From Acidimicrobiales bacterium (lineage in GTDB: Bacteria > Actinomycetota > Acidimicrobiia > Acidimicrobiales > SZUA-35), in assembly GCA_050330635.1 (NCBI GenBank), contig JBHJNQ010000064.1, positions 6,311 to 70,310 of the forward strand: DNA of 64,000 nt, written 5' to 3'. Position numbers and translations under genes: made by a program. Below the pieces are notes generated by a model. The model was not told the DNA's origin. It worked only from the letters and a program-made list of their open reading frames with translations, and made no database searches. Shown one piece after another: positions 32,216-41,462 of this stretch. Numbering within the stretch: position 1 is the stretch's first letter; each line of letters begins with the position of its first letter.

Positions 32216-35038
32216 TCAGCTGGAGGGCGGCACGACGGATCCGCTGGCGACGGCCGCCTGTAGCTCACTGACGCGCTGTGACAGTGCGGGATCGATGCCA
32301 TAGCCGGGGTTGAGCTCGACGGACAGACCGCCGTTGGCCAGATCGCCGACGACGACCCGCCCGTTGGGGACGCCGGCGTCGATGTCCGCCAGGACCTGCC
32401 GGAGAACGACGTCCCAGTGGTAGAGCTGGGAGGCGACCACGTGGCCCGGACCGATCGGCGACTGGTCCACCTGGTTGCCGATCCACAGCCGCTCGTTCCG
32501 GACCGCCACCGTCGCCGCTCCGGTACTGGCCGGACCCGAACCGGTGAGCACATCCGCTCCGGCGGTGATCTCGGCCTGGGCTGCCTCGGCCGCCAGTGAT
32601 GCGTCGAGGAACGAGCCGGTGTAGCTGATCTGCACGCTCACATCGGGCCGCTCGGCGACGGCGCCGGCCTCGAACCCGCTGATGTAGCCGAGGGAGTCTC
32701 CGGCCTCGATCGGCCCCACTACGCCCAGCACGCCGCTGTCGCTCAGTGAGGCGGCAAGGGCGCCGAGGACGTAGCCGCCCTGCTCGGAGGCCACGGTGTA
32801 GGTGTACACGTTCGGCAGGGGCGGGGCCTGGCTCGCGGGGCCCCAGGCGAACGTGACCTCGGGGAACTCCTGGGCCAGGGTGGCCACCGCGGCACCAAGC
32901 TGGGGGTCATGGGCGATGACCAGGTGGTAGCCCTCGGACGCCATGGTCCGCAGGGCCTCCGCGGCCTCGTCGACGAGGATGGTGTCGTCGACGACGGTCA
33001 CGGTGAGCCCTTGGCGCTCGTCGACCAGGGTGTTGACCGAATCGACCATGCTCTGCGACGAGGCGAGATCGTTGCCGGGACTGAAGGTCACGATACCGAC
33101 CCGCAGGTCGGCCAACGGCGCTGCCTGGGCACCGCCGGGAGCGACCACCTCGAACACGACCCGCCGTTCGAGACCCGACAGGTCGGCAACCCCAGAGGCG
33201 TCCGCCTTGCCCCGACCTTCGACGATGAGATCGGGAGCAGCGACCCCGTTCGCAACGAGATAGTCGTGGACGGCCGTGGCCCGGGCGATGCTGACCTCCA
33301 GGTTGGTCTCCACCGAACCGGAGCCGTCGGTGAACCCGATGACCTTGACCGGAACGCCCGGTGACGACTGAAGCAGTGCCGCCACGTTGTTGAGCACCCG
33401 GCGGTTGTTGTCGGAGAGGTCTCGTTGGCCGGTGTCGAAGACGACCGGGGTGAACGACAGGAGACGGTCGAGGTCGTCCTGCAGGCTCGAGGTCCGCAGC
33501 TCGGAGGCCGTGGCCGGCGTCGCCGTCTCCGTCGACGTCTCCGGAACGACCTCGGTCGTCTGCGGAGCGGCCACGCCGACCGTGTCGATGGCGTCGTCCT
33601 CGTCGGTCGACTGGTCGCCGCCCGGATTCCACAGCAGCGCCGCAGCGCCGACCACGGCCGCCACGGCGATGGCGCCGACGACCAACCAGTTCGGACGCTC
33701 CTGGTCGGCGACGGGGCCGGTCGATTCGCCGGCCGAGCGCAGCTGGGGGCGTTCGCTCAGCCCCGCCAGCTCGCCCAGCCATGCCTGGGAGAACGCCTCG
33801 TTGGCCTTGCGGAGCTCGCCGAGGCTGACGGCGATGCGACCGAGGACAGCCAGGATCGCCGCCATGGCCAACCACACCGCCATGGCCGGCACGTCGCCAC
33901 TGACGCTCCAGCCGATGACGCCGAGGGAGGCCAGGGCGGCGGCCCAGGGGATGAGGGCCACGCCGCCCGTGGTCTTGGCCGGCGCCCGGTCCGTCCGATA
34001 CTGGGGAAGCCAGGGCGCAGCGCCGAAGAACAGGATGCCCACCACCCAGCTGGCCTCGAGCACCGTGCCCGGCACGTAGGAGTCGTTGGCCAGCTGGCGT
34101 AGGAACACGACGTCGCCGATCGCCCACACGGCGGCCCCGAGGATGAACGCGGTGACCGACGGAGACGGCCGGTAGGCGACGACCGACAACCCCGACAGCA
34201 CGATCACGATGAAGACCAGATCGAACAAGGGGTAGGCGAGCGCGACCATCACCGCCGCCGTGCTGCCGCTCTGGTCGAGGATCGTGTCGAACCAGAAGGC
34301 CACGGCGATGGCCGCCGCGGCCAGGCCGATCACGAGACCGTTGAGCCGGGCGGCCCGGGAGACCCCGGGCAGGTTGCGGTGGGTGACGAGGGCGAGGGCC
34401 ACCACGAGGGCGAGTGTGGACTCGAGGTAGAGCACGTCCGACCAGGCCGGGAAAGGGATCGGATCGAGGTTCTGATCGTGGTAGGTGTAGAGAAGGGTGC
34501 CACCGGTGTAGAGCAGGATGCCGAGGGTGACCAGCCACCAGGCCAACCGGTTGTGCCGATCGGTGACGGCCCGGAGGCCGCTCAGCACCGCCGGCACGAT
34601 GAGGGCGGCGTGGTAGATCCAGCCGTCCCACACCGTCAGGTAGCCGCTCTCGGGACGGGCCACCAGCACGAGCGACAGCATGTAGGTGGAGGTGAGCAGG
34701 ACGGCCCCGACCAACACCGCCCAGATGAACTGCTGGCTCCCGTCGCCCCCACCGAGACCCGATGGCGACTCCTCCGTCAGGAGCGACTCGAGAAGCGAGT
34801 CGAAATCAGCATCGCCGCCGCCGTCGAGCGGCTCATCGTCCGATTCCTCGGATCGGGTGCTTCCGGATCGGTTCTCGATCTCGGCTAGGGCGTCCCGGGT
34901 GGAGGCGAGGCGTCGGCGGAGCGCGCTGCGTTCCTCGTCATCGGCTGCGTTGGTGAGGGCCATGCGGAGGTCGACCTGTGTCTGCTGCAGCCTTCGCCAC
35001 CGTGCCATCTCGGGCTCGTCATAGCCGCTCGTCGTCAC
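32216..35038 (-). CDS. Chimeric membrane protein: multi-TM sensor domain + TM + OmpA-like domain + BMP-family solute-binding domain
   Basis: About 9 TM with PFPAWSDVLYL and AYPLFD; OmpA-like VVFDTG...IGFTDGSGS..NLEVS.ARA...RRV; BMP-like D...QSM, EQGGYVLGALAA, SYTGSF.D, IGNQVDQ. Start uncertain (35008-35083). Confidence 0.8.
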   Translation of the reverse strand: MTTSGYDEPEMARWRRLQQTQVDLRMALTNAADDEERSALRRRLASTRDALAEIENRSGSTRSEESDDEPLDGGGDADFDSLLESLLTEESPSGLGGGDGSQQFIWAVLVGAVLLTSTYMLSLVLVARPESGYLTVWDGWIYHAALIVPAVLSGLRAVTDRHNRLAWWLVTLGILLYTGGTLLYTYHDQNLDPIPFPAWSDVLYLESTLALVVALALVTHRNLPGVSRAARLNGLVIGLAAAAIAVAFWFDTILDQSGSTAAVMVALAYPLFDLVFIVIVLSGLSVVAYRPSPSVTAFILGAAVWAIGDVVFLRQLANDSYVPGTVLEASWVVGILFFGAAPWLPQYRTDRAPAKTTGGVALIPWAAALASLGVIGWSVSGDVPAMAVWLAMAAILAVLGRIAVSLGELRKANEAFSQAWLGELAGLSERPQLRSAGESTGPVADQERPNWLVVGAIAVAAVVGAAALLWNPGGDQSTDEDDAIDTVGVAAPQTTEVVPETSTETATPATASELRTSSLQDDLDRLLSFTPVVFDTGQRDLSDNNRRVLNNVAALLQSSPGVPVKVIGFTDGSGSVETNLEVSIARATAVHDYLVANGVAAPDLIVEGRGKADASGVADLSGLERRVVFEVVAPGGAQAAPLADLRVGIVTFSPGNDLASSQSMVDSVNTLVDERQGLTVTVVDDTILVDEAAEALRTMASEGYHLVIAHDPQLGAAVATLAQEFPEVTFAWGPASQAPPLPNVYTYTVASEQGGYVLGALAASLSDSGVLGVVGPIEAGDSLGYISGFEAGAVAERPDVSVQISYTGSFLDASLAAEAAQAEITAGADVLTGSGPASTGAATVAVRNERLWIGNQVDQSPIGPGHVVASQLYHWDVVLRQVLADIDAGVPNGRVVVGDLANGGLSVELNPGYGIDPALSQRVSELQAAVASGSVVPPSS

Positions 35039-35145
35039 CGGTCCCCGCCTCCCACACCACCATGGTTGTCGGAGTTTATACACGCGACGCGGTGGCCCCC
35101 CGGCCGGTCCGAGAATCTCGGTTGTCAGGGGCGGCGGCCCGAGAA

Positions 35146-36027
35146 TCAGCCCTCGAAGCCGCTCGATATGTCCAGGCCGAACAGCTCGTTGAAGCGGGCG
35201 GCATAGGCCAGATCGTCGTCGATGGCTCCCATGGCCACCCAGTCCTCATCGGCCACGCCCGGCTTGCGGCCGGTCAGCTCCGGACCGCCCCAGCCACACG
35301 TGTGGCGCAGCGTGGGGTGCTCCTCGGTGGCGGCTCGGAACACGACGTCGGCCACCTCCTCCGGTTGGCCCGGGGTCCGTAGCCCGGCGGCGTAGAAGGC
35401 GAACAGGCGGCGGTTGTGGGCGTCATAGGCGCCGGTGGTGTTCGGGGCGTCGGTGTTCTTGGCCATGATCGCCGTCTTCACGATGCCGGGTTCGATCAGC
35501 GCCACCCGGATCCCGTGGGGGGCGACCTCCTGGGCCAGCCCCTCCGTCAGCCCCTCGATGGCCCACTTGGACGCCACATACGCCGACTGGGCCATGGCGG
35601 CGATGACGCCGGTGACCGAGCCGATGTTGACGATGCAGCCGCTCCCCCGCTCCCGCATGTGGGGCAGCACGGCCTGGACGCATCGGATCACGCCGTAGAC
35701 GTTGACGTCCATGACCTCCTGGTACAGCTCGAGGGGAGTCTCCTCCATGACCCCGTTGCCGCCGATGCCGGCGTTGTTGACCAGCACGTCGATCCCGCCG
35801 GCGGCCCCGATCACCTCCGCCACGGCGGCGCCGACCGAGTCGGTGTCGGTCACGTCGCACTGGACGGGGTGGACGGTCACGCCCCGCTCGGCGGCCATGG
35901 CCGCCAGCTTGTCTCCGGACTCGAGGCGCCGCATGGTGCCGTAGACGTCCCACCCCTTGGCCGCGAGGCCCACGGCGGTCGATCGCCCGATTCCGGAGTT
36001 GGCGCCGGTGATGAAGGCAACGGTCAT
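35146..36027 (-). CDS. Short-chain dehydrogenase/reductase
   Basis: TGANSGIG, NNAG, YVASK, IEPG. Confidence 0.93.
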   Translation of the reverse strand: MTVAFITGANSGIGRSTAVGLAAKGWDVYGTMRRLESGDKLAAMAAERGVTVHPVQCDVTDTDSVGAAVAEVIGAAGGIDVLVNNAGIGGNGVMEETPLELYQEVMDVNVYGVIRCVQAVLPHMRERGSGCIVNIGSVTGVIAAMAQSAYVASKWAIEGLTEGLAQEVAPHGIRVALIEPGIVKTAIMAKNTDAPNTTGAYDAHNRRLFAFYAAGLRTPGQPEEVADVVFRAATEEHPTLRHTCGWGGPELTGRKPGVADEDWVAMGAIDDDLAYAARFNELFGLDISSGFEG

Positions 36028-36089
36028 GACCGGCGAGACTAGTCGGCTCTCCTGCGACGAGCAGGTCCGACCGTGGCATCCTGGATGCC

Positions 36090-37241
36090 ATGTCCGCCCC
36101 CACCGCCTCCTCCACGACGATCTCGGGCCCGCTCGTCATCGGGCCGTTGCGGGTCGAGGTGCCCGTGGTGCTGGCTCCCATGGCGGGGGTGACCAACGCC
36201 CCGTTCCGACGTCTGTGTCGCCACTACGGGGCCGGCCTGTACGTGAGCGAGATGATCTCGGCTCGCGCCCTGTGCGAGGGCAGCGACAAGACCGACGTCC
36301 TGGCCAGCTTCGCCCCCGACGAGTCACCCCGGAGTCTCCAGCTAGCCGGGGTCGATCCCCGCTACGTCGCCCAGGCGATACGGCGGCTGGTGGAGGAGGG
36401 ACGCGTCGACCACGTCGACCTCAACTTCGGCTGCCCGGTCCGCAAGGTCACCCGCCACGGCGGCGGCGGGGCCCTGCCCTACAAGCGTCGCCTGTTCGCC
36501 GCCGTGGTGGCGGCCGCCGTCGAGGCCGCCGGCCCCGTCCCCGTCACCGTCAAGCTGCGGGTCGGGATCGACGACGGGCACCACACCCACCTCGAATCCG
36601 GCCGCATCGCCGAGGACCTGGGGGTGGCGGCGGTGGCTCTCCACGGCCGCACGGTGGCCCAGCTCTACTCCGGTCAGGCCGACTGGTCGACGATCGCCGA
36701 CCTGAAGGAGACGGTGACCTCGATCCCGGTGCTGGGCAACGGTGACATCTGGGAGGCGGCCGACGCCGTCGCCATGATCGACCGGACCGGCTGCGACGGG
36801 GTGGTCGTCGGGCGGGGATGCCTCGGCCGACCCTGGCTGTTCGGCCAGCTGGCGGCGGCCCTGCGGGGCGAGCCGATCCCCCCCCACCCGGCCACCCCCG
36901 AGGTGGCGCGGGCGATGACCGAGCACGCCCGGCTCCTCGTCGACTGGTTCGGCGACCACAAGGGGGTGCGGGAGTTCCGCAAGCACACCGCCTGGTACCT
37001 GAAGGGCTACCCGGTCGGCGGACGACTACGGGGCCAGCTCGGCCAGATCGAGACCCTCGATCATCTGACCGAGCTGCTGGCCCAGCTCCCCACGGCCGAA
37101 CTGCCGCCGGAGAACCACCGGGTGGCCCGGGGTCACACCCGCGGCCCTCAACGGGTCGCCCTCCCCGACGGCTGGCTCGACGATCCCCACGACGATTCCC
37201 TGGCCGACGCCGAGGGCGACTCCGCCGCCTCCGGCGGGTGA
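36090..37241 (+). CDS. dusB: tRNA-dihydrouridine synthase
   Basis: LAPMAGVT, DLNFGCP, VTVKLRVG, HGRT, GNGDI, GRGCLGRPWLF. Confidence 0.93.
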   Translation: MSAPTASSTTISGPLVIGPLRVEVPVVLAPMAGVTNAPFRRLCRHYGAGLYVSEMISARALCEGSDKTDVLASFAPDESPRSLQLAGVDPRYVAQAIRRLVEEGRVDHVDLNFGCPVRKVTRHGGGGALPYKRRLFAAVVAAAVEAAGPVPVTVKLRVGIDDGHHTHLESGRIAEDLGVAAVALHGRTVAQLYSGQADWSTIADLKETVTSIPVLGNGDIWEAADAVAMIDRTGCDGVVVGRGCLGRPWLFGQLAAALRGEPIPPHPATPEVARAMTEHARLLVDWFGDHKGVREFRKHTAWYLKGYPVGGRLRGQLGQIETLDHLTELLAQLPTAELPPENHRVARGHTRGPQRVALPDGWLDDPHDDSLADAEGDSAASGG

Positions 37242-37295
37242 GAGGCGCAGCCGATGTCCGACGCGGAGCGCGGTGATCCCCTAGTCTCGTCGCCC

Positions 37296-37667
37296 ATGGA
37301 GCTACCCGTGGACGTCGACGCCCTCACCGCGGTCCTCCGTCGACACGGCGTCACCTTCACCCTCGTCTTCGGGAGCCGGGCCACGGGCTCGGCCAGCGCG
37401 TCATCCGACCTGGACCTCGCCGTGTGGTCGCCGGAGCCGATCGACGACTGGTCCCTTCGCGGGTCGCTGCCCGACGTGGTGGATCTGGTCGACCTCCGCA
37501 CCACCTCCGACGGTGTGGCCGGGAGGGTGGCCATGGAGGGCATCGTCATCCTCGACGACGACCCACCCGTCCGGATCCGTTGGCAGGCCGAGACCCGCAA
37601 GCGCTACCTCGACGAGGCGTTCCGGCGGGAGCGGTTCCGACGGGATTTCGTTGCTGCCCATGGTTGA
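37296..37667 (+). CDS. MNT nucleotidyltransferase antitoxin (MntA-like)
   Basis: FGS-x10-DLD motif and VDLVDL. ATG 37296 lies 8 nt after TAGTCT; alternative start 37254. Confidence 0.85.
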   Translation: MELPVDVDALTAVLRRHGVTFTLVFGSRATGSASASSDLDLAVWSPEPIDDWSLRGSLPDVVDLVDLRTTSDGVAGRVAMEGIVILDDDPPVRIRWQAETRKRYLDEAFRRERFRRDFVAAHG

Positions 37668-37685
37668 CCGCGGTGGCTGACGGCC

Positions 37686-38102
37686 ATGGTTGACGCCGAA
37701 CGGCTGCTGAGCCTGCTCGGTCGGGTCACGTCGCGGCTCGTCGTCCTCGACGGCTACGCCGAAGCCGATCGGGGCGAGCTGCTGGCTGACCGGGTGCGAC
37801 TCGGCGATCTCAAGTACACGTTCCAGACCGCCATCGAAGCCTGCATCGACGCCGCCCATCACGTCGTCGCCGACCGGGGCCTCGGCGTGCCCACGTCGAA
37901 TGGGGCCACCTTCCTGGCACTGGCCGATGCCGGGCTGCTCGAGCGCGACCTGGCCACTCGGATGGCCGGTTCGGTCGGGTTCCGGAACGTGCTGGTGCAC
38001 GGGTATGCCGACGTCGACGACGGCCTGGTGATCGACCATCTACGCCATCGTGACGATCTGCGACGCCTCGTCGCCGCCCTGACCGCCCTGCTCGATCCCT
38101 GA
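37686..38102 (+). CDS. HEPN (DUF86/HepT-like) RNase toxin
   Basis: QTAIEACIDAAHH and GFRNVLVHGY (R-x4-H-x-Y). Confidence 0.9.
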   Translation: MVDAERLLSLLGRVTSRLVVLDGYAEADRGELLADRVRLGDLKYTFQTAIEACIDAAHHVVADRGLGVPTSNGATFLALADAGLLERDLATRMAGSVGFRNVLVHGYADVDDGLVIDHLRHRDDLRRLVAALTALLDP

Positions 38103-38166
38103 CCAGAGCCCGGCTCCGGGCGACGGGCACCGGCACCACGGCGTCGATCCGGCCCGGCGAACGACG

Positions 38167-39810
38167 TCAGCGGAAGGCGGCGATGGCGCTGGCGGCGTCG
38201 AACAGGACACCGTCACCCAGGTTGGGCAGGACACCGAGGACGACGGTGGCGACGGCGGAGACGGCGATGGCCAGCAGGGCCGAGGGGGGAAGGGCGAGCC
38301 GGACGGGGGCCGCGACCGTCACCACCGCGGTCCCGCCGCCGCCCGCCGCCACGTCGGTGTCGGCGTCGTCGGGCACCTCGGACCCGACCCCGGCCCCGGC
38401 CGTCGCCGGCACCATGAACATGGCCACCACGATCCGCAGGTACAGGTAGGCGGCCACGACCGCCGACAGCATGGCCACCGCGGCGAGCACGTAGGACTCG
38501 TTGAGGGCGGCAGCGGCGATGACCCGGAACTTGGCGAAGAAGCCCGACGTGAACGGCACCCCGGCCTGGGAGAACAGCAGCACCGACATCAGCCCCGCCA
38601 GCAACGGGTGGCGCTGGGCCAGACCCCGGTAGGCCTCCAGGTCGTGATCGCCGTCGCCCCGACCACCGACGATCGAGATCACCCCGAACGTGCCGGCGAT
38701 CATGATCGTGTAGGCCAGGAGGTAGAAGAGGAAGGCCTCGCCGCCGAGGAGGCCGGAGTTCTCCGGCGTCGAGGCGGCGTGCACCGCCACCAGGATGAAG
38801 CCGGCGTGGGCGATCGACGAGTAGGCCATCATGCGCTTCACGTTGGTCTGGGCCACCGCCAGCACCGACCCCAGCAGGAGGGTGATCACGGCCAGCCCGG
38901 CGATGAGCGGACGCCAGTCCTCGAAGTAGGGGCCGAGCCCGACCCAGAAGACGCGGACCAGGCCGGCGAACCCCGCCACCTTCACCCCCGAGGCCATGAA
39001 CGCCACCACCGGCGTCGGCGCCCCCTCGTAGACATCGGGCGTCCACATGTGGAACGGCACCGCCGAGATCTTGAAGGCGAACCCGACCAACACGAGGGCC
39101 ATGCCCACCAGCAGGAGGGACGAGTCGACGGCGGGGTCGTAGCCGGCGCCGTTGGGCCCGGCGGCGGCGATGCCCCGCAGCGACGTCGACCCCGTCGCCC
39201 CGTACAGCATGGCCACGCCATAGAGGAACAGGGCCGACGACACGCTGCCGAGGAGGAAGTACTTGAAGCCCGCTTCCTGCGACTGGAGCCGACGGAGGTG
39301 GAGGGCGGCCATCACGTAGGCCGCGATCGACAGGATCTCGAGGCCGAGGAACGTGACGATCAGATCCTCACCCGAGGCGAGGAGCACCCCGCCGGAGGCC
39401 GACATCAGCAGCAGCACATACCACTCGGGACCATCGAGCTCCTCCCGCCGCAGGTACTCGTCGAGCAGCATGGCGGCGAAGAACACGGCCACGCAGATGA
39501 GGGCGGTGACGAACACGGTGAACCCGTCGATGGCGATGGCGTCGGCGATGACGAGCCGGGGGCCCTCGGTCCCCGTGTTGGCGTTGACCCGATTCCACAC
39601 GGGGATGAGGCTCAGCCCGGACACGAGGGCCGTGGCCCCGGTGAAGGCGGCCGGGAACCCCCCGCCCCGCAGGCGCGGAACCAACGACGTGATCAGCACC
39701 AGGAGCACACCACCGAGGGCGAGGACGACGAAGGGCAGGACGAGCGACCAGACGATCTCGGGCCCCACCACCGCCTCCTGGGCCAGCACACCCGTCATCG
39801 CGACCGTCAT
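38167..39810 (-). CDS. nuoN: Complex I subunit N (14-subunit cluster)
   Basis: EAGFKYF, FKISAVPFHMWTPDVYEGAP, KRMMAYSS. Confidence 0.95.
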   Translation of the reverse strand: MTVAMTGVLAQEAVVGPEIVWSLVLPFVVLALGGVLLVLITSLVPRLRGGGFPAAFTGATALVSGLSLIPVWNRVNANTGTEGPRLVIADAIAIDGFTVFVTALICVAVFFAAMLLDEYLRREELDGPEWYVLLLMSASGGVLLASGEDLIVTFLGLEILSIAAYVMAALHLRRLQSQEAGFKYFLLGSVSSALFLYGVAMLYGATGSTSLRGIAAAGPNGAGYDPAVDSSLLLVGMALVLVGFAFKISAVPFHMWTPDVYEGAPTPVVAFMASGVKVAGFAGLVRVFWVGLGPYFEDWRPLIAGLAVITLLLGSVLAVAQTNVKRMMAYSSIAHAGFILVAVHAASTPENSGLLGGEAFLFYLLAYTIMIAGTFGVISIVGGRGDGDHDLEAYRGLAQRHPLLAGLMSVLLFSQAGVPFTSGFFAKFRVIAAAALNESYVLAAVAMLSAVVAAYLYLRIVVAMFMVPATAGAGVGSEVPDDADTDVAAGGGGTAVVTVAAPVRLALPPSALLAIAVSAVATVVLGVLPNLGDGVLFDAASAIAAFR

Positions 39811-41462
39811 CGACCTGCCTCCTCGTCGGCGCCCTCGGCCCCCGACCCCTCGTGGGCGGCCTCGGCCGCCCCCACGATCTGTTCGACCCCCGGGACCGGC
39901 ACCTCCTCGGGCTCGGGTTCGACGAAGCCGTCGACCCGCTGCTCGACGTGGGCGATCAGCTCGTCGACGGCCGGCGAGATCCGGTCGAGGACCGGCTTGG
40001 GGTACACGCCGAGGAACACGATGAGGAAGAGCAGCGGGGCGATGCCGAGCAGCTCCGACAGCCGCAGGTCACGCATCGTGGCGTTGTCGCCCTGCGCCGG
40101 ACCGTGGAAGGCCCGTTGGTAGGCCCACAGCAGGTACAGGGCGGCGAGGATCACCCCGCTGACGGCGACCACGGCCCACCACCGGGCACTCGAGAAGGCG
40201 CCGAGCAGGATGAGGAACTCCCCGACGAAGCCGTTGAGGCCGGGCAGTCCGATGCTCGACAGCATGACCAGGGTGAAGACCCCGGCCATGACGGGAGCGG
40301 CCGACTGCAGGCCGCCCAGGGCGGCGATCTCCCGGGTGTGGCGACGCTCGTAGATCCACCCGACGAGGATGAACAGGGCACCGGTGGAGATCCCGTGGTT
40401 GACCATCTGGAGGACGGCGCCCTCGAGGCCCTGGGAGTTGAGGGCGAAGATGCCGAGCACGATGAAGCCCATGTGGGCCACCGAGGAGTAGGCCACCAGA
40501 CGCTTGAGGTCGCTCTGCATGGTGGCCACCGCCGCCCCGTAGACGATGCCGATCACACCGAGGGTCAGGAACAGCGGGGCGAGGTCGTCGACGACCGACG
40601 GGAACAGGTAGACACCGAAGCGGATGAACCCGTAGGTACCGAGCTTGAGCATGACACCGGCCAGGATGACGGAGCCGGCCGTCGGGGCTTCGGTGTGGGC
40701 GTCGGGGAGCCAGGTGTGGACCGGGAACAGTGGCACCTTGACGGCGAAGGCGGCGGCGAAGGACAGGAACACGAGGAGGGCCGCCGTGTCGCCGAGGGCC
40801 TGGTTCTCGGCCAGGAAGCGGACGTCGAACGACAGGATCCCAGTCTGGCGGGCGGTGAGGAACACCAGGCTGACGATGCCGACGAGCATCAGGGCCGAGG
40901 CGGCCATGGTGTAGAGGAAGAACTTGAGGGCGGCGTAGACCCGGTTGGCGTGGCCCCAACCCCCGATGAGGAAGTACATGGGAACGAGCACGACCTCGAA
41001 GAACAAGAAGAACAGCAGGAGATCGAGCGCCATGAACGCCCCCATCGCCCCACCCATGAGGAGCATCAGCCAGAGGTAGTACCGCTTGGGGTCGTGGTCG
41101 GGTTCGGAGGTGACGATGGCGATCGGGAAGAGGATGCCGGTCAGCACCACCAGGAACAGGGAGATCCCGTCGACCGCGAACAGCCAGCTGAGGCCGAGGC
41201 TGGCCACCCACTCCCGGCTGGTCACGAACTGGAAGCCACCGTCGGCGGCATCGAAGTCGGCCAGCAGGAACAGGGAGATGGCACCGGTGATCGCCGACCC
41301 GATCAGCGCCGCCAGCCGGGTGAAATCGCCCCGACTCGGGGGGAGCACGGCGATGACGGCGGCGGTGACAACCGGCACCAGGATCAGCGACGGTAGGAGG
41401 GGGAAGGTGGGGGCCGCACCCGCCGCCTCGGTGGCGACGAACGGAACCGCGCCGACGATCAT
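39807..41462 (-). CDS. nuoM: Complex I subunit M (14-subunit cluster)
   Basis: FFEVVLVPMYF, HTWLPDAHTEAP, MLKLGTYG, GFVGEF. ATG 41462 overlaps the nuoL stop. Confidence 0.95.
   Translation of the reverse strand: MIVGAVPFVATEAAGAAPTFPLLPSLILVPVVTAAVIAVLPPSRGDFTRLAALIGSAITGAISLFLLADFDAADGGFQFVTSREWVASLGLSWLFAVDGISLFLVVLTGILFPIAIVTSEPDHDPKRYYLWLMLLMGGAMGAFMALDLLLFFLFFEVVLVPMYFLIGGWGHANRVYAALKFFLYTMAASALMLVGIVSLVFLTARQTGILSFDVRFLAENQALGDTAALLVFLSFAAAFAVKVPLFPVHTWLPDAHTEAPTAGSVILAGVMLKLGTYGFIRFGVYLFPSVVDDLAPLFLTLGVIGIVYGAAVATMQSDLKRLVAYSSVAHMGFIVLGIFALNSQGLEGAVLQMVNHGISTGALFILVGWIYERRHTREIAALGGLQSAAPVMAGVFTLVMLSSIGLPGLNGFVGEFLILLGAFSSARWWAVVAVSGVILAALYLLWAYQRAFHGPAQGDNATMRDLRLSELLGIAPLLFLIVFLGVYPKPVLDRISPAVDELIAHVEQRVDGFVEPEPEEVPVPGVEQIVGAAEAAHEGSGAEGADEEAGR

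Noticed and set aside
36090-38102. Functional link between dusB (tRNA modification) and the HEPN RNase
   Set aside because: Adjacency only; the TA pair appears to have its own -10, and such modules insert widely.
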